Positions 39,585 to 48,889 of a stretch of DNA of 64,000 nt are shown piece after piece; within the stretch, counting starts at the first letter, position 1; each line of letters starts with the position of its first letter. Both the position numbers and the translations under genes were made by a program. The stretch is from NCBI GenBank assembly GCA_040902845.1, contig JBBDWM010000042.1, forward strand, positions 7,343 through 71,342, written 5' to 3'. The notes under the pieces were generated by a model. That model did no database searches. It saw only the letters and a list, made by a program, of their open reading frames with translations, and was not told the DNA's origin. The DNA comes from Acidimicrobiia bacterium. Its GTDB lineage: Bacteria > Actinomycetota > Acidimicrobiia > Spongiisociales > ZC4RG35.

Positions 39585-40378
39585 CCTTCGACTCCGCAAC
39601 GGCCGTTGAGCGCGCCGATGACACGACTTGGACCGGGTCGATCCAGCCTGGTTGGGACATATTCGAGAACGCCAACGGGGGCTACATGATGGCGATCGCC
39701 GCTCGGGCCATGTCGGGGGCGGCCGATGGAAGGCTCCCGGTGAGCGTGACCGCCCATTTCACCCGTCCCGGAAAGCCGGGGCGGGTGTCGATCACAACGG
39801 AGATCGTGCGAGCCGGCCGCACCTTCTCCACGGTGCGGGCCAACCTCAGCTCGGAAGCAGGCGTGGTGCTGGCGATGCTCGGGACGTTTGCGGAAGCCGA
39901 CCGCTCCCCCGGCGACACCCTTCTCGTTGACGCAGAGATCCCCGAAGTTCCACCGCCGGATGAGTGCATCCCTGCCCTGCCTGCGGTCGACGGACCGCTT
40001 CCGCCGCCGCTGATGAGCAAGGTCGAGGAGCGGATACACCCAGATGACGCCGGGACCCTGCTCGGCAAGCCCACCGGCCGGCCCCGGATGCGAGGGTGGT
40101 TGCGTCTCCGCGACGGGGAGCGGATGACCCCGTTCACTCTTCTACTGGCGGCAGATGCGTTCTCCCCTGCCATCTTCAACACCACCCTCCCCCTGGCCTG
40201 GACCCCGACCTTGGAGATGACCACCCAGATTCGGGCCACTGAGGTGGAGGGTTGGCTCCGCTGTCAATTCACGACCCGGTTCATAACCGGCGGTTTCTTA
40301 GAGGAAGATGGCGAAGTTTGGGACGAAGAGGGTCGACTCGTCGCCCAGTCCCGCCAGATCGCTCTGATTCCGCGCTAA
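39581..40378 (+). CDS. Double-hotdog thioesterase family protein
   Basis: W....NGGY, ADAF.P, PTLE, EEDGEVWD..G.LVAQSRQ. Confidence 0.85.
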   Translation: MTFDSATAVERADDTTWTGSIQPGWDIFENANGGYMMAIAARAMSGAADGRLPVSVTAHFTRPGKPGRVSITTEIVRAGRTFSTVRANLSSEAGVVLAMLGTFAEADRSPGDTLLVDAEIPEVPPPDECIPALPAVDGPLPPPLMSKVEERIHPDDAGTLLGKPTGRPRMRGWLRLRDGERMTPFTLLLAADAFSPAIFNTTLPLAWTPTLEMTTQIRATEVEGWLRCQFTTRFITGGFLEEDGEVWDEEGRLVAQSRQIALIPR

Positions 40379-40386
40379 GGCCCCCC

Positions 40387-40433
40387 TAATTGGGTTGGAG
40401 AGGTGTCATATACGGACCTCTGGGTCCCAATTA
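40387..40433. repeat. Palindromic repeat family A, copy 3
   Basis: TAATTGGG-TTGG-AGAGGT-GTCATATACGG-ACCTCT-GGGT-CCCAATTA; contains the stop codon of the deaminase gene. Confidence 0.75.
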
Positions 40434-41437
40434 CGGAACACCTGCTCCAATTCGGCCAGCAGCCCCGCTTTCCGCTCGGTGTCCAAGAACGAGGCCTGAA
40501 TCGAGTTGCGGGCCAGGGCGACGAGCTGAGGAGCGCCGAAACCCAAGCCCTCGGCCAGTGCCTGGTAGTTGTCACCCACATAACCCCCGAAATACGCAGG
40601 GTCGTCTGAGTTCACCGTCACCGTGATCCCGGCCTCGATCAGCCGGGGAAGGGGATGATCCTCGATTCGATCCACGACTTTCAAGGCTATGTTCGACATA
40701 GGGCAAACCGTGAGGGGAATCCCCTCGCGACCGAGGCGGCCCACCACCTCGGGGTCCTCGAGACAACGGACCCCATGGTCGATCCTTTCGGCACCAAGCA
40801 CATCCAACGCCGCCGTTATGTACTCCGGCGGCCCCTCTTCACCTGCATGGGCCACAGCCCGCAACCCGAGGTCTCGCGCCCTCGCGTAGACATCCTCGAA
40901 CATCTCCGGTGGCCTGCCTTGCTCGGATGAATCGAGACCGATTGCGATTACCGCCTCGAGGTGTGGCTCCGCATCCCGAAGGGTGGCGACGGCGTCCTCA
41001 CCCGACAGGTGACGGAGGAAGCACATGATCAGATCAGCGGTGATCCCACTTCCATGGGCATCGGCGATGGCGGATCGGAAACCCTCCATGAACACCGAGA
41101 ACCCCACACCACGGTGGGTGTGGGTCTGGGGATCGAAGAAGATCTCGGCGTGACGCACACCATCTGCGGCGGCCCGGCGCAGATAGGCGGACATCAGATC
41201 GTAGAAGTCGGCCGGGGTCTGGAGGACTGCCGCCCCCCGGTAGTAGATGTCGAGAAACGACTGCAGGTCGGTGAATCGATAGGCCGCATGCACCGCGTCG
41301 ACATTCTCGAAGGGAAGTTCGTGGCTGTTGCGCACTGCCAGTTCGAGTAGCAGCTCCGGTTCCAACGTCCCTTCGATATGAACGTGAAGCTCGGCCTTGG
41401 GCAGCTCGTCTATGAGCCGTCGCAAGCCCATCTCCAT
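40406..41437 (-). CDS. Adenine/adenosine deaminase (ADA fold)
   Basis: ELHVHIEG, LQSFLDIYY, FFDPQTH, HAGEE, NSDDPAYFGG; the motifs favour the adenine-deaminase subgroup. Confidence 0.9.
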   Translation of the reverse strand: MEMGLRRLIDELPKAELHVHIEGTLEPELLLELAVRNSHELPFENVDAVHAAYRFTDLQSFLDIYYRGAAVLQTPADFYDLMSAYLRRAAADGVRHAEIFFDPQTHTHRGVGFSVFMEGFRSAIADAHGSGITADLIMCFLRHLSGEDAVATLRDAEPHLEAVIAIGLDSSEQGRPPEMFEDVYARARDLGLRAVAHAGEEGPPEYITAALDVLGAERIDHGVRCLEDPEVVGRLGREGIPLTVCPMSNIALKVVDRIEDHPLPRLIEAGITVTVNSDDPAYFGGYVGDNYQALAEGLGFGAPQLVALARNSIQASFLDTERKAGLLAELEQVFRNWDPEVRI

Positions 41438-43656
41438 TACCTGTCTCCCATCGAGATGTCCTGGGGGCGGATTGGGACCCGGTTCAACTGTCGGCCAGTC
41501 GCGATGCGTATGGCGGCGGCGACCGCAGCGGTGGAAGAGATGGTCGGTGGTTCGCCAACGCCTTTGGCCCCGAACGGGCCCCAGGATCCGTCCTCTTCGA
41601 TCAACACCGCCTCGACGTCGGGCGCATCGAGGATCGTGGGCAGCAGGTAGTCGGTAAAGTTCGGGTTGCGAATGACACCGTTCTCCATCACCAGCTCCTC
41701 CATGATCGCCAGGCCTACCCCCTGCATGATTCCTCCCTCGATCTGACCCCTGATCGAGCCCGGATTCAAGGCCCTGCCCACATCCTGAACGGTGTCAACC
41801 CGGACCACCTTGACCATCCCGAGTTCGGGGTCGACATCCACCACAGCCCGGTGACCGGCCACGGCGAAGTCGGCGTGGACCGCACCCTGACCGTCGGCGT
41901 TGGGGGCTTCGGTTGGTGGGTGACGAAAGGTAACGGTCTCCTCCCACGCCTCCCGTGTCAACTCCTCCATCGGCACGACCAATGCTCCGGAACGCCACAC
42001 TCCTTCGTCGGTCAGGTCGTCGCCGTGATGGTGTCCGAGAATCCGCTCCCGAAGCCTGGTCGACGCCTCCAGGGTGGCGCCACCCGAGACCTGGGTCTGA
42101 CGCGAGGCGGAGGTCGATCCCGCGGAATCGATTCTCGAGGTGTCGACGTGACGCACCTCCGCCTTGGAGACGCCAAGGCCGGCCCGGGCGATCTGCGCGA
42201 GGACCGTCACCAGACCCTGCCCGACCTCGATCGCCGCCGTTTCCACGATCGCCCCCTCGGAGGTGAGCCGAACCCGGGCCTGGGCATAGTCATCGAATCC
42301 TTCTGCAAACCCGAGGTTCTTGATACCGAGGGCATAACCAACGCCCCTGACGACATCCCTGAGCTCCGAAGTCAGACCGCTGCCACCGGGGAGGACCGAC
42401 TGATCGCCGTCGGAAAGCGGCATCGCGCGCAAGGTCTCGATCACTTCAGCCGTGGGGAGTGGTGTGGTGATCAACTGGCCGGTCGTGGGCATGACATCGC
42501 CGGTCGCCAGGACGTTCCGTCTCCGCAACTCGAGCGGATCCATGTCCAAGGCCTCGGCGAGACGATCCATCTGGGCCTCATAGGCGAAGCAGACCTGAAC
42601 CGCTCCGAATCCCCTCATCGCCCCGCATGGCGGGTTGTTGGTCCGGGTCCCCACACCATCCACCGACACCGAGTCGCAGCGGTAGGGACCGACCACGAAA
42701 TAGCAGGCGTTGGCCAGGACTGCGGCCGTGGTCGAGGCATAGGCACCGCCGTCGATGACGACCCGAGCCTCGACACGGAGCAGTCGTCCCTCGGCGTCCG
42801 CCGTGTGCCGGTACCACATGCGTGCGGGGTGGCGATGGACATGGCCGGCGAACGATTCGGAACGCCGATAGACCATCTTCACCGGGCGGCGGGTGTGCAG
42901 CGCCAACATGCAGAGATGGATGTGCAGGTTGACGTCCTCCCGGGCGCCGAAAGCCCCGCCGATCCCGGTCGGGTGTGATCGCACTGCCTCGGGGGGCAAA
43001 CCTAGGCTGGCGACGATTTGCTCATGGTCGACGTGGACGAACTGACTGGTGGCGTAGAGGTCGATGCCACCCTGACCGTCGGGGATGGCGAGACCGGCCT
43101 CGGGGCCCAATGGCGCCTGGTCCTGCATCCCCACCTCGTAATAGCCCTCGACCACAACCGGGCCGGACACATCCTGATCGCCACGACGGATTCGCATCCG
43201 GCGGAACACCTCGTCGCGTAGATCGGCCTCCTCGGGATCGGTGAGCGGCACTTGCTCCCGATACACGACCTTCACGGCCGCCGCCGCAAGACGCGCCGTG
43301 TCGGGGTCCTCGGCGGCCACGATGGCGACCGGCTCGCCCCAGAAGCTCACCTTGTCACCGGCGAGAACGGGTTGATCGGGATGCTCTAACCCGAACGATG
43401 GCCGGCCCGGGACATCCGAGGCTGTCAGAACCGCATGGACCCCACCGATCGAGAGTGCAGGGCCGATGTCGATCGATTCGATGGTGGCGCTGGCGTGGGG
43501 GCTTCGAACCGTCGCCCCCCAGAGCATCCCCTCGGACTCGAGATCCTGGGCATAGGCGAACTTCCCTTGAAGCTTGGCGATCCCATCGGGGCGGAAGGGG
43601 GACTCCCCAACCGTGCCCTCCACCTGAAACGCCCGACGATGAGTGCGTGTGGTCAT
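41437..43656 (-). CDS. pucD: Xanthine dehydrogenase molybdopterin-binding subunit
   Basis: GGAFGARE, AMRGFG, EVGQG, GQIEGG, GAKGVGEP. Confidence 0.88.
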   Translation of the reverse strand: MTTRTHRRAFQVEGTVGESPFRPDGIAKLQGKFAYAQDLESEGMLWGATVRSPHASATIESIDIGPALSIGGVHAVLTASDVPGRPSFGLEHPDQPVLAGDKVSFWGEPVAIVAAEDPDTARLAAAAVKVVYREQVPLTDPEEADLRDEVFRRMRIRRGDQDVSGPVVVEGYYEVGMQDQAPLGPEAGLAIPDGQGGIDLYATSQFVHVDHEQIVASLGLPPEAVRSHPTGIGGAFGAREDVNLHIHLCMLALHTRRPVKMVYRRSESFAGHVHRHPARMWYRHTADAEGRLLRVEARVVIDGGAYASTTAAVLANACYFVVGPYRCDSVSVDGVGTRTNNPPCGAMRGFGAVQVCFAYEAQMDRLAEALDMDPLELRRRNVLATGDVMPTTGQLITTPLPTAEVIETLRAMPLSDGDQSVLPGGSGLTSELRDVVRGVGYALGIKNLGFAEGFDDYAQARVRLTSEGAIVETAAIEVGQGLVTVLAQIARAGLGVSKAEVRHVDTSRIDSAGSTSASRQTQVSGGATLEASTRLRERILGHHHGDDLTDEGVWRSGALVVPMEELTREAWEETVTFRHPPTEAPNADGQGAVHADFAVAGHRAVVDVDPELGMVKVVRVDTVQDVGRALNPGSIRGQIEGGIMQGVGLAIMEELVMENGVIRNPNFTDYLLPTILDAPDVEAVLIEEDGSWGPFGAKGVGEPPTISSTAAVAAAIRIATGRQLNRVPIRPQDISMGDR

Positions 43657-44123
43657 GTTCCGCTTCCCGCCGAGAGCTCTTGGAGGGCGCGCACGATCGC
43701 CCCGTAGCCGGTGCAACGGCAGATGTTCCCGGCGAGCGCCTCCTTGATCTCCTCACCGGTGGGGTGGGGAATACGCTCGAATAGATCCACTGCGGCAACG
43801 ACTATGCCCGGGGTGCAGAACCCGCACTGGACCGCCCCGCCCTCGTGCATCGCGGTCTGCACCGGATGAATCTCATCGCCCGCTACGCCCTCGACCGTGA
43901 CCACCACCAAGCCTTGGAGATCGCCAGCCATCACCAGGCAGGAACAGACCACGGCTCCATCGAGCAAGATCGAGCACGACCCGCATTCCCCCTGCTCGCA
44001 ACCACTCTTCGCCCCAAACAGACCGAGTTCGTCTCGTAACGCGTCGAGGGCGCTACCCGAGCTCATGACCCGCGCCGTCGCCGGGCTGCCATTGAGGGTG
44101 AACTCCACTATCAACGCAGACAC
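43653..44123 (-). CDS. pucE: Xanthine dehydrogenase 2Fe-2S subunit
   Basis: GCEQGECGSC, QCGFCTPG, GNICRCTGY. Confidence 0.9.
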   Translation of the reverse strand: MSALIVEFTLNGSPATARVMSSGSALDALRDELGLFGAKSGCEQGECGSCSILLDGAVVCSCLVMAGDLQGLVVVTVEGVAGDEIHPVQTAMHEGGAVQCGFCTPGIVVAAVDLFERIPHPTGEEIKEALAGNICRCTGYGAIVRALQELSAGSGT

Positions 44124-44908
44124 CGGTCGAGGAGGCGGCGGGCCAGGATCCCCGCGGCGTAGCGGCGGTATTCCTCGGTGGAACGGTGATCAGTGATCGG
44201 CCTCACCTCTTCCGAGACCAAGCGGGCGAACTCGACCATGTCGCTCTCCGAGGGTCGATCGATGGAGCTGATCATCTCCTCGGCCTGTCGAGCGCGCATC
44301 GGGGTCGGAGCCACCGAGCCGAGAGCGACGGTTGTGACTCCTGTTTGGGCGCGGGTGACCACACAGCAGACCGTGGCAATCACCATCGCGTTGCGAGTCC
44401 CGATCTTGCCGAAAGCCTGTCGCTCGGGCATGGCTTCGGGGAGACCGATGGCGGTAATCAACTCCCCGGCAAGACGAGCGGTCTTCTTGACCCCGACGAA
44501 GTACTCGTGCCACGGAACCGATCTGACGCCGGCTGGTGACACGAGCTCGATCGACGCATCGACCGCGGCGAGGAAGGGGAGGCCGTCCCCGGCGGGGCTA
44601 GCGGTGCCCACATTGCCACCCAGGGTTCCGGCATTTCTGATCTGGGGAGAACCAACGGTTCTGGCGGCCTGGGCTAGGGCTAGCGGGCCCCCTTGTTCCA
44701 GCCGGCTCCAGGTGACACCTGCTCCGATTCGGTTCGGTTCCCATTCGGCCAGTTCGCCAATTCGACGCAGGGCGACGACATTCTCGGGGCGGGCATGGCC
44801 GAAGTTGACCTCGACCATCAGATCGGTCCCCCCCGCCAGGGCTAGCGCGCCCTCCGCCATTGCGGCCACCGCCTGGTCGACCGACGTCGGGTGCTGAACC
44901 TCCACCAC
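44111..44908 (-). CDS. pucC: Xanthine dehydrogenase FAD subunit
   Basis: AGGTDL, GSPQIRNAGTLGGN, SPAGD, DHRST.EYR. Confidence 0.88.
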   Translation of the reverse strand: MVEVQHPTSVDQAVAAMAEGALALAGGTDLMVEVNFGHARPENVVALRRIGELAEWEPNRIGAGVTWSRLEQGGPLALAQAARTVGSPQIRNAGTLGGNVGTASPAGDGLPFLAAVDASIELVSPAGVRSVPWHEYFVGVKKTARLAGELITAIGLPEAMPERQAFGKIGTRNAMVIATVCCVVTRAQTGVTTVALGSVAPTPMRARQAEEMISSIDRPSESDMVEFARLVSEEVRPITDHRSTEEYRRYAAGILARRLLDRCLR

Positions 44909-44914
44909 CAGAAA

Positions 44915-46273
44915 CTACCCGAGCAAGGCCCGGGCGAGATGGTTGTGCTCGGCGACGAGCCCTCCGATGTCGACCCCGACAAGTTGTCCGTCTTCGACGA
45001 CCCGCCGCCCTCCAACCCAGGAATGGCCGACGCCGGCCGGGGAGCACATGACCACTGCGGCCACGGGATCATGGATGGCTCCGGCGAATTCGATCCGGTC
45101 GAAGTCGATGGCCACGAAATCGGCTGCCATCCCCGGCGCCAGCCGGCCGATGTCGTCCCGCCCCAGGACCTCAGCGCCACCCACCGTCGCCAACCTGAGA
45201 GCGGCCCGCGCTGTCATTTGCGACCCCACCCCGACACCCGGAGCGACCGCGAGACGGTTCAACAGCAGCGTTTGACGCACCTCGGCCAACATGTTCGACG
45301 AGTCGTTCGAAGCCGAGCCGTCGAGCCCCAAACCGACGCGCACCCCGGCGCCGAGGTAGCCGGCGACCGGGGCCAACCCCGAGGCCAGCCTCATGTTCGA
45401 CGTAGGGCAATGGGCGACCCCGGTGCCGGCTGTGCCCATTCGTATGATCTCGTCGGGTGCGACATGGACCGCATGTGCGTACCAGACGTCGGGACCGGCC
45501 CATCCCAGATCCTCCATGTACCCGACGGGGCGGCGGGCGAAGCGATCGACGCAGAACTCTTCCTCATCGGCGGTTTCGGCAAGGTGGGTGTGCATCGTGA
45601 CGCCCAGATCCCGAGCCAGGTCCGCAGTCTCCCTCATCAAATCGGTGGTCACCGAGAACGGCGAGCAGGGGGCGAGGACGATGCGGGTCATCGCGCCTCT
45701 CTCGGGCTCGTGATGGGACGCGACGACCCGCTGACAATCCTCCAGGATACGTTGGGGGGTCTCGACGATCGAGTCCGGCGGTAGACCGCCGTCCGACTCT
45801 CCGAGACTCATCGACCCCCGGGAAACATGAAAACGGAGCCCGACCGGCTCGGCGCCCTCGATCTGATCGTCGACGCTCGACCCGTTGGGCCAGAGGTATT
45901 GATGATCGAAGGCGGTGGTGCATCCGCTGAGCGCCAACTCCGCCAGACCCACGGTGGTGGCGATCCGAACATGGTCCGGGGTCATCCGTGCCCAGATCGG
46001 ATAGAGGGTTCGGAGCCATTGGAAGAGACCGGCGTCCTGCGCTCCGGGCACCACCCTGGTCAAGGTCTGATAGAGGTGGTGATGGGTGTTGACCAGGCCG
46101 GGGAGAACGACGTGCCCGGAGAGGTCCACGATCTCGTCTGCGCGGTCGGGCAGATCGGCAGTTCGGCCGACCGCATCTATCCACCCATCACGGACGAAGA
46201 TGGCGCCGTCCTCGATCTCCGCTCCGTCCATCGTGACCAGGACACGAGCGTGGCGAACCAGCAGTGTTCCCAT
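44915..46273 (-). CDS. 8-oxoguanine deaminase-like amidohydrolase
   Basis: NTHHHLYQT, PCSPFS, HTHLAE, HCPTSN, DGSASND; start ATG 46273. Confidence 0.85.
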   Translation of the reverse strand: MGTLLVRHARVLVTMDGAEIEDGAIFVRDGWIDAVGRTADLPDRADEIVDLSGHVVLPGLVNTHHHLYQTLTRVVPGAQDAGLFQWLRTLYPIWARMTPDHVRIATTVGLAELALSGCTTAFDHQYLWPNGSSVDDQIEGAEPVGLRFHVSRGSMSLGESDGGLPPDSIVETPQRILEDCQRVVASHHEPERGAMTRIVLAPCSPFSVTTDLMRETADLARDLGVTMHTHLAETADEEEFCVDRFARRPVGYMEDLGWAGPDVWYAHAVHVAPDEIIRMGTAGTGVAHCPTSNMRLASGLAPVAGYLGAGVRVGLGLDGSASNDSSNMLAEVRQTLLLNRLAVAPGVGVGSQMTARAALRLATVGGAEVLGRDDIGRLAPGMAADFVAIDFDRIEFAGAIHDPVAAVVMCSPAGVGHSWVGGRRVVEDGQLVGVDIGGLVAEHNHLARALLG

Positions 46274-46312
46274 CCTCACCACGCTACCGGCGGCCATAGA
46301 GTCGCCAACACC

Positions 46313-47632
46313 ATGACACTGCATCAAGAGTCCCTGGCGAATTGGAGCACCCGTCTCAACCGGGTAGCCAACGAGGTGAAAGCCGAGTTTCCCGGCGAGC
46401 GACCCGATCGTCAACCCGTCTCCACCGTGTACGGCGGAGGCCATCTATTCGCCTCGACCACCGCGGGCCGTCTTGGTGAGCTGGCTCAAGCCGCCCTGAA
46501 CCGCTGGCTGCCCGGTCCCGATGACTTGGTAGGGATCCTCGGAATCGACCCCCGGTTCAGCGAGAAAGTCCACACCCAGGTTCGAGAAAAGCTCGCCTCC
46601 GAGGCAGTCGAAGACTTCAGACTCGACTTCGAGGACGGATACGGGCATCGCCCCGACGACGAAGAGGACGGTCACGCTCGTTCCTCCGCCCAGGAGGTGG
46701 CGACCGGGATGGCCAACGGCTCGCTGTCGCCATTCATCGGGATTCGGATCAAGTCCCTATCCGGTGAGCTCCAACGAAGGGCGCTCCGCACCCTCGACAT
46801 CTTCGTGACCACTCTGGCCGAGAGCTCAGGCAGCCTTCCCCAAGGCTTCGCAGTCACCCTGCCCAAGATCCAGCATTCCGAACAGGTGACCGTCATGGCC
46901 GAGGCCCTGGCCGAATTGGAGCAGGAGCTCGGGCTCGACCCGATCCCGATGGAGTTGATGGTGGAAACACCACAGACCGTGATCGACCGGAACGGGACGG
47001 GTGGCGTTCGCAAGCTGGTCGACGCCGGAAGGGGCCGAGTGCGAGGGGCCCATTTCGGCACTTACGACTACACCGCCTCGATGAGCATCACCGCCGCCTA
47101 TCAAACCATGACCCACCCCGCCTGCGACTTCGCCCGTCATGTCCTCCAGGTGAGCCTGGCCGGGTCCGGGGTGTGGCTGTCGGACGGGGCGACCAACGTG
47201 ATGCCGGTGCCGATCCATCGTGGCGACAACCTGACCGATATCGAGACGCAGGAGAACGCACAGCGAGTCCACGATGCGATGAAGCTCCACTACGACCACA
47301 TCCGCCACTCACTGAGCCATGCCTACTACCAGGGCTGGGACCTGCACCCGGCGCAACTTCCGACTCGTTATGCCGCGGTGTACTCGTTCTTTCTGGAGGG
47401 TCTCGACCAGGCCGGGGAACGGCTGTCCAACTTCGTCGACTCGGCAGCGAAGGCCACGCTTGTCGGAGAGGTCTTCGATGACGCCGCCACCGGGCAGGGC
47501 CTCTTGAACTTCTTCCTGCGGGCCATCAATTGCGGGGCGATCGCCGCGGATGAGGCGATCGCCAGGTCCGGTCTGACACTGGAGGAGCTCAGAACTCGGT
47601 CGTTTGTCAGGATCCTGGAAGGAAGAAGCTGA
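46313..47632 (+). CDS. CitE/HpcH/malate-synthase-like TIM-barrel enzyme (DUF6986-like)
   Basis: RQPV.TVY, DFEDGYG, GIRIK, LPK, VET, HFGTYDY, QGWDLHP; start ATG 46313. Confidence 0.75.
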   Translation: MTLHQESLANWSTRLNRVANEVKAEFPGERPDRQPVSTVYGGGHLFASTTAGRLGELAQAALNRWLPGPDDLVGILGIDPRFSEKVHTQVREKLASEAVEDFRLDFEDGYGHRPDDEEDGHARSSAQEVATGMANGSLSPFIGIRIKSLSGELQRRALRTLDIFVTTLAESSGSLPQGFAVTLPKIQHSEQVTVMAEALAELEQELGLDPIPMELMVETPQTVIDRNGTGGVRKLVDAGRGRVRGAHFGTYDYTASMSITAAYQTMTHPACDFARHVLQVSLAGSGVWLSDGATNVMPVPIHRGDNLTDIETQENAQRVHDAMKLHYDHIRHSLSHAYYQGWDLHPAQLPTRYAAVYSFFLEGLDQAGERLSNFVDSAAKATLVGEVFDDAATGQGLLNFFLRAINCGAIAADEAIARSGLTLEELRTRSFVRILEGRS

Positions 47633-47635
47633 GCC

Positions 47636-48883
47636 TCACTGTTTTCGAATACGACGCACCTGAATCCGGGTGATACGTCGCCCACGAACACTCACCACCC
47701 GAAGCACGTGGTGCCCGTACACCACCTCGTCGCCCACCTTGGGCAGTCTTCCCAGCAGGCTCAGCACCAACCCTGCCGCCGTGTTCCAGTCGGTGTCGTC
47801 GAGGTCCTCGTCAAGGATCTCGGAGAGGTCCTCCACGGGCAGGGAGGCATCGATCAGCCACTCGTCTTCGGCCACATGCACGACATCGGCCTCGTCGCGG
47901 CCCTCACTGATCGAGCCCAAGACCTCCTCGGCGATGTCCTCGATGGTCACCAGCCCGGCGGTGCTCCCGTACTCGTCGACCACCACAGCGAGATGGGTAC
48001 CGGCTTCTTGCATCTCGGTCAGCAAACCGAGGACCCGCTTGGACTCCGGGACGACCAGCACATCCTCGCTCAGTCGTGAAACCGGCAGGTCAGCCCGGCG
48101 GCCCTCCGGCACCTGGATCAGGTTGTGCAGTTTCACGACGCCGGTGATGTTGTCGACGCTGCCTTCGAAAATGGGCACCCGACGATGGCCGGCGGCCAGG
48201 GCAGCCTGGAGAGCGAAGGCAACTGACGAGTTTCCGTCTACTGCCACGATGTCGGGACGGGGAACCATGATGTCGTCCACCTGGCGATCGCCGATCCGAA
48301 ACGCCCGCTCGATCAACTCCAGGTCGTCGGAGGTGATCTCGCCCTCGGTGGCTGCTCTGGAGGCAAGCATCCTCAACTCGTTCTCGGTGATGGTCGGGGA
48401 GGTGACCACGCCCTTGCCGGGCATCTGGATGTCGGCGATCCACACCAGGATCTTTACCAGGGGGCGAAGCACCGTCACCACCACCGCCAATGGATAGGCG
48501 AGGGTTATGGCCACCCGATCTGGGTGACGAACCGCGTAAGTCTTGGGGATGGCTTCGGCGTAGATGTAGAGGAGAAAGGTGAGCACGGCCGAGGCGATAG
48601 TGACTCCGACTGCGTCCCACCATTGGCTGGCCAGGATCCCTGCGACCGTGGCCGCCCCGATCTGGGAGAGAAGCGCCGCCAACAGAATGGCGTTGAGCAC
48701 CTCCGAGAGATGGTCCGTGAGTTCGGCGAGTTTCTTGGCCGACCGACTTCCTTCCTCAGCCAGGGTGTGGACCCGTACCGCCGGTATCCGAAGAAAGGCG
48801 GTCTCCACTGCGGATATGAACACCGAGAAGCCGAACAGGCCGATCAAAAGAAGGATCAGAGGCAGATCTCGGGAGAGCTCCAT
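47636..48883 (-). CDS. CNNM/hemolysin family protein (DUF21-CBS-CorC)
   Basis: SAVETAF, EAIPK, MVPR, VVDEYG.TAGLVTIED. Confidence 0.9.
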   Translation of the reverse strand: MELSRDLPLILLLIGLFGFSVFISAVETAFLRIPAVRVHTLAEEGSRSAKKLAELTDHLSEVLNAILLAALLSQIGAATVAGILASQWWDAVGVTIASAVLTFLLYIYAEAIPKTYAVRHPDRVAITLAYPLAVVVTVLRPLVKILVWIADIQMPGKGVVTSPTITENELRMLASRAATEGEITSDDLELIERAFRIGDRQVDDIMVPRPDIVAVDGNSSVAFALQAALAAGHRRVPIFEGSVDNITGVVKLHNLIQVPEGRRADLPVSRLSEDVLVVPESKRVLGLLTEMQEAGTHLAVVVDEYGSTAGLVTIEDIAEEVLGSISEGRDEADVVHVAEDEWLIDASLPVEDLSEILDEDLDDTDWNTAAGLVLSLLGRLPKVGDEVVYGHHVLRVVSVRGRRITRIQVRRIRKQ

Positions 48884-48889
48884 CGACCT

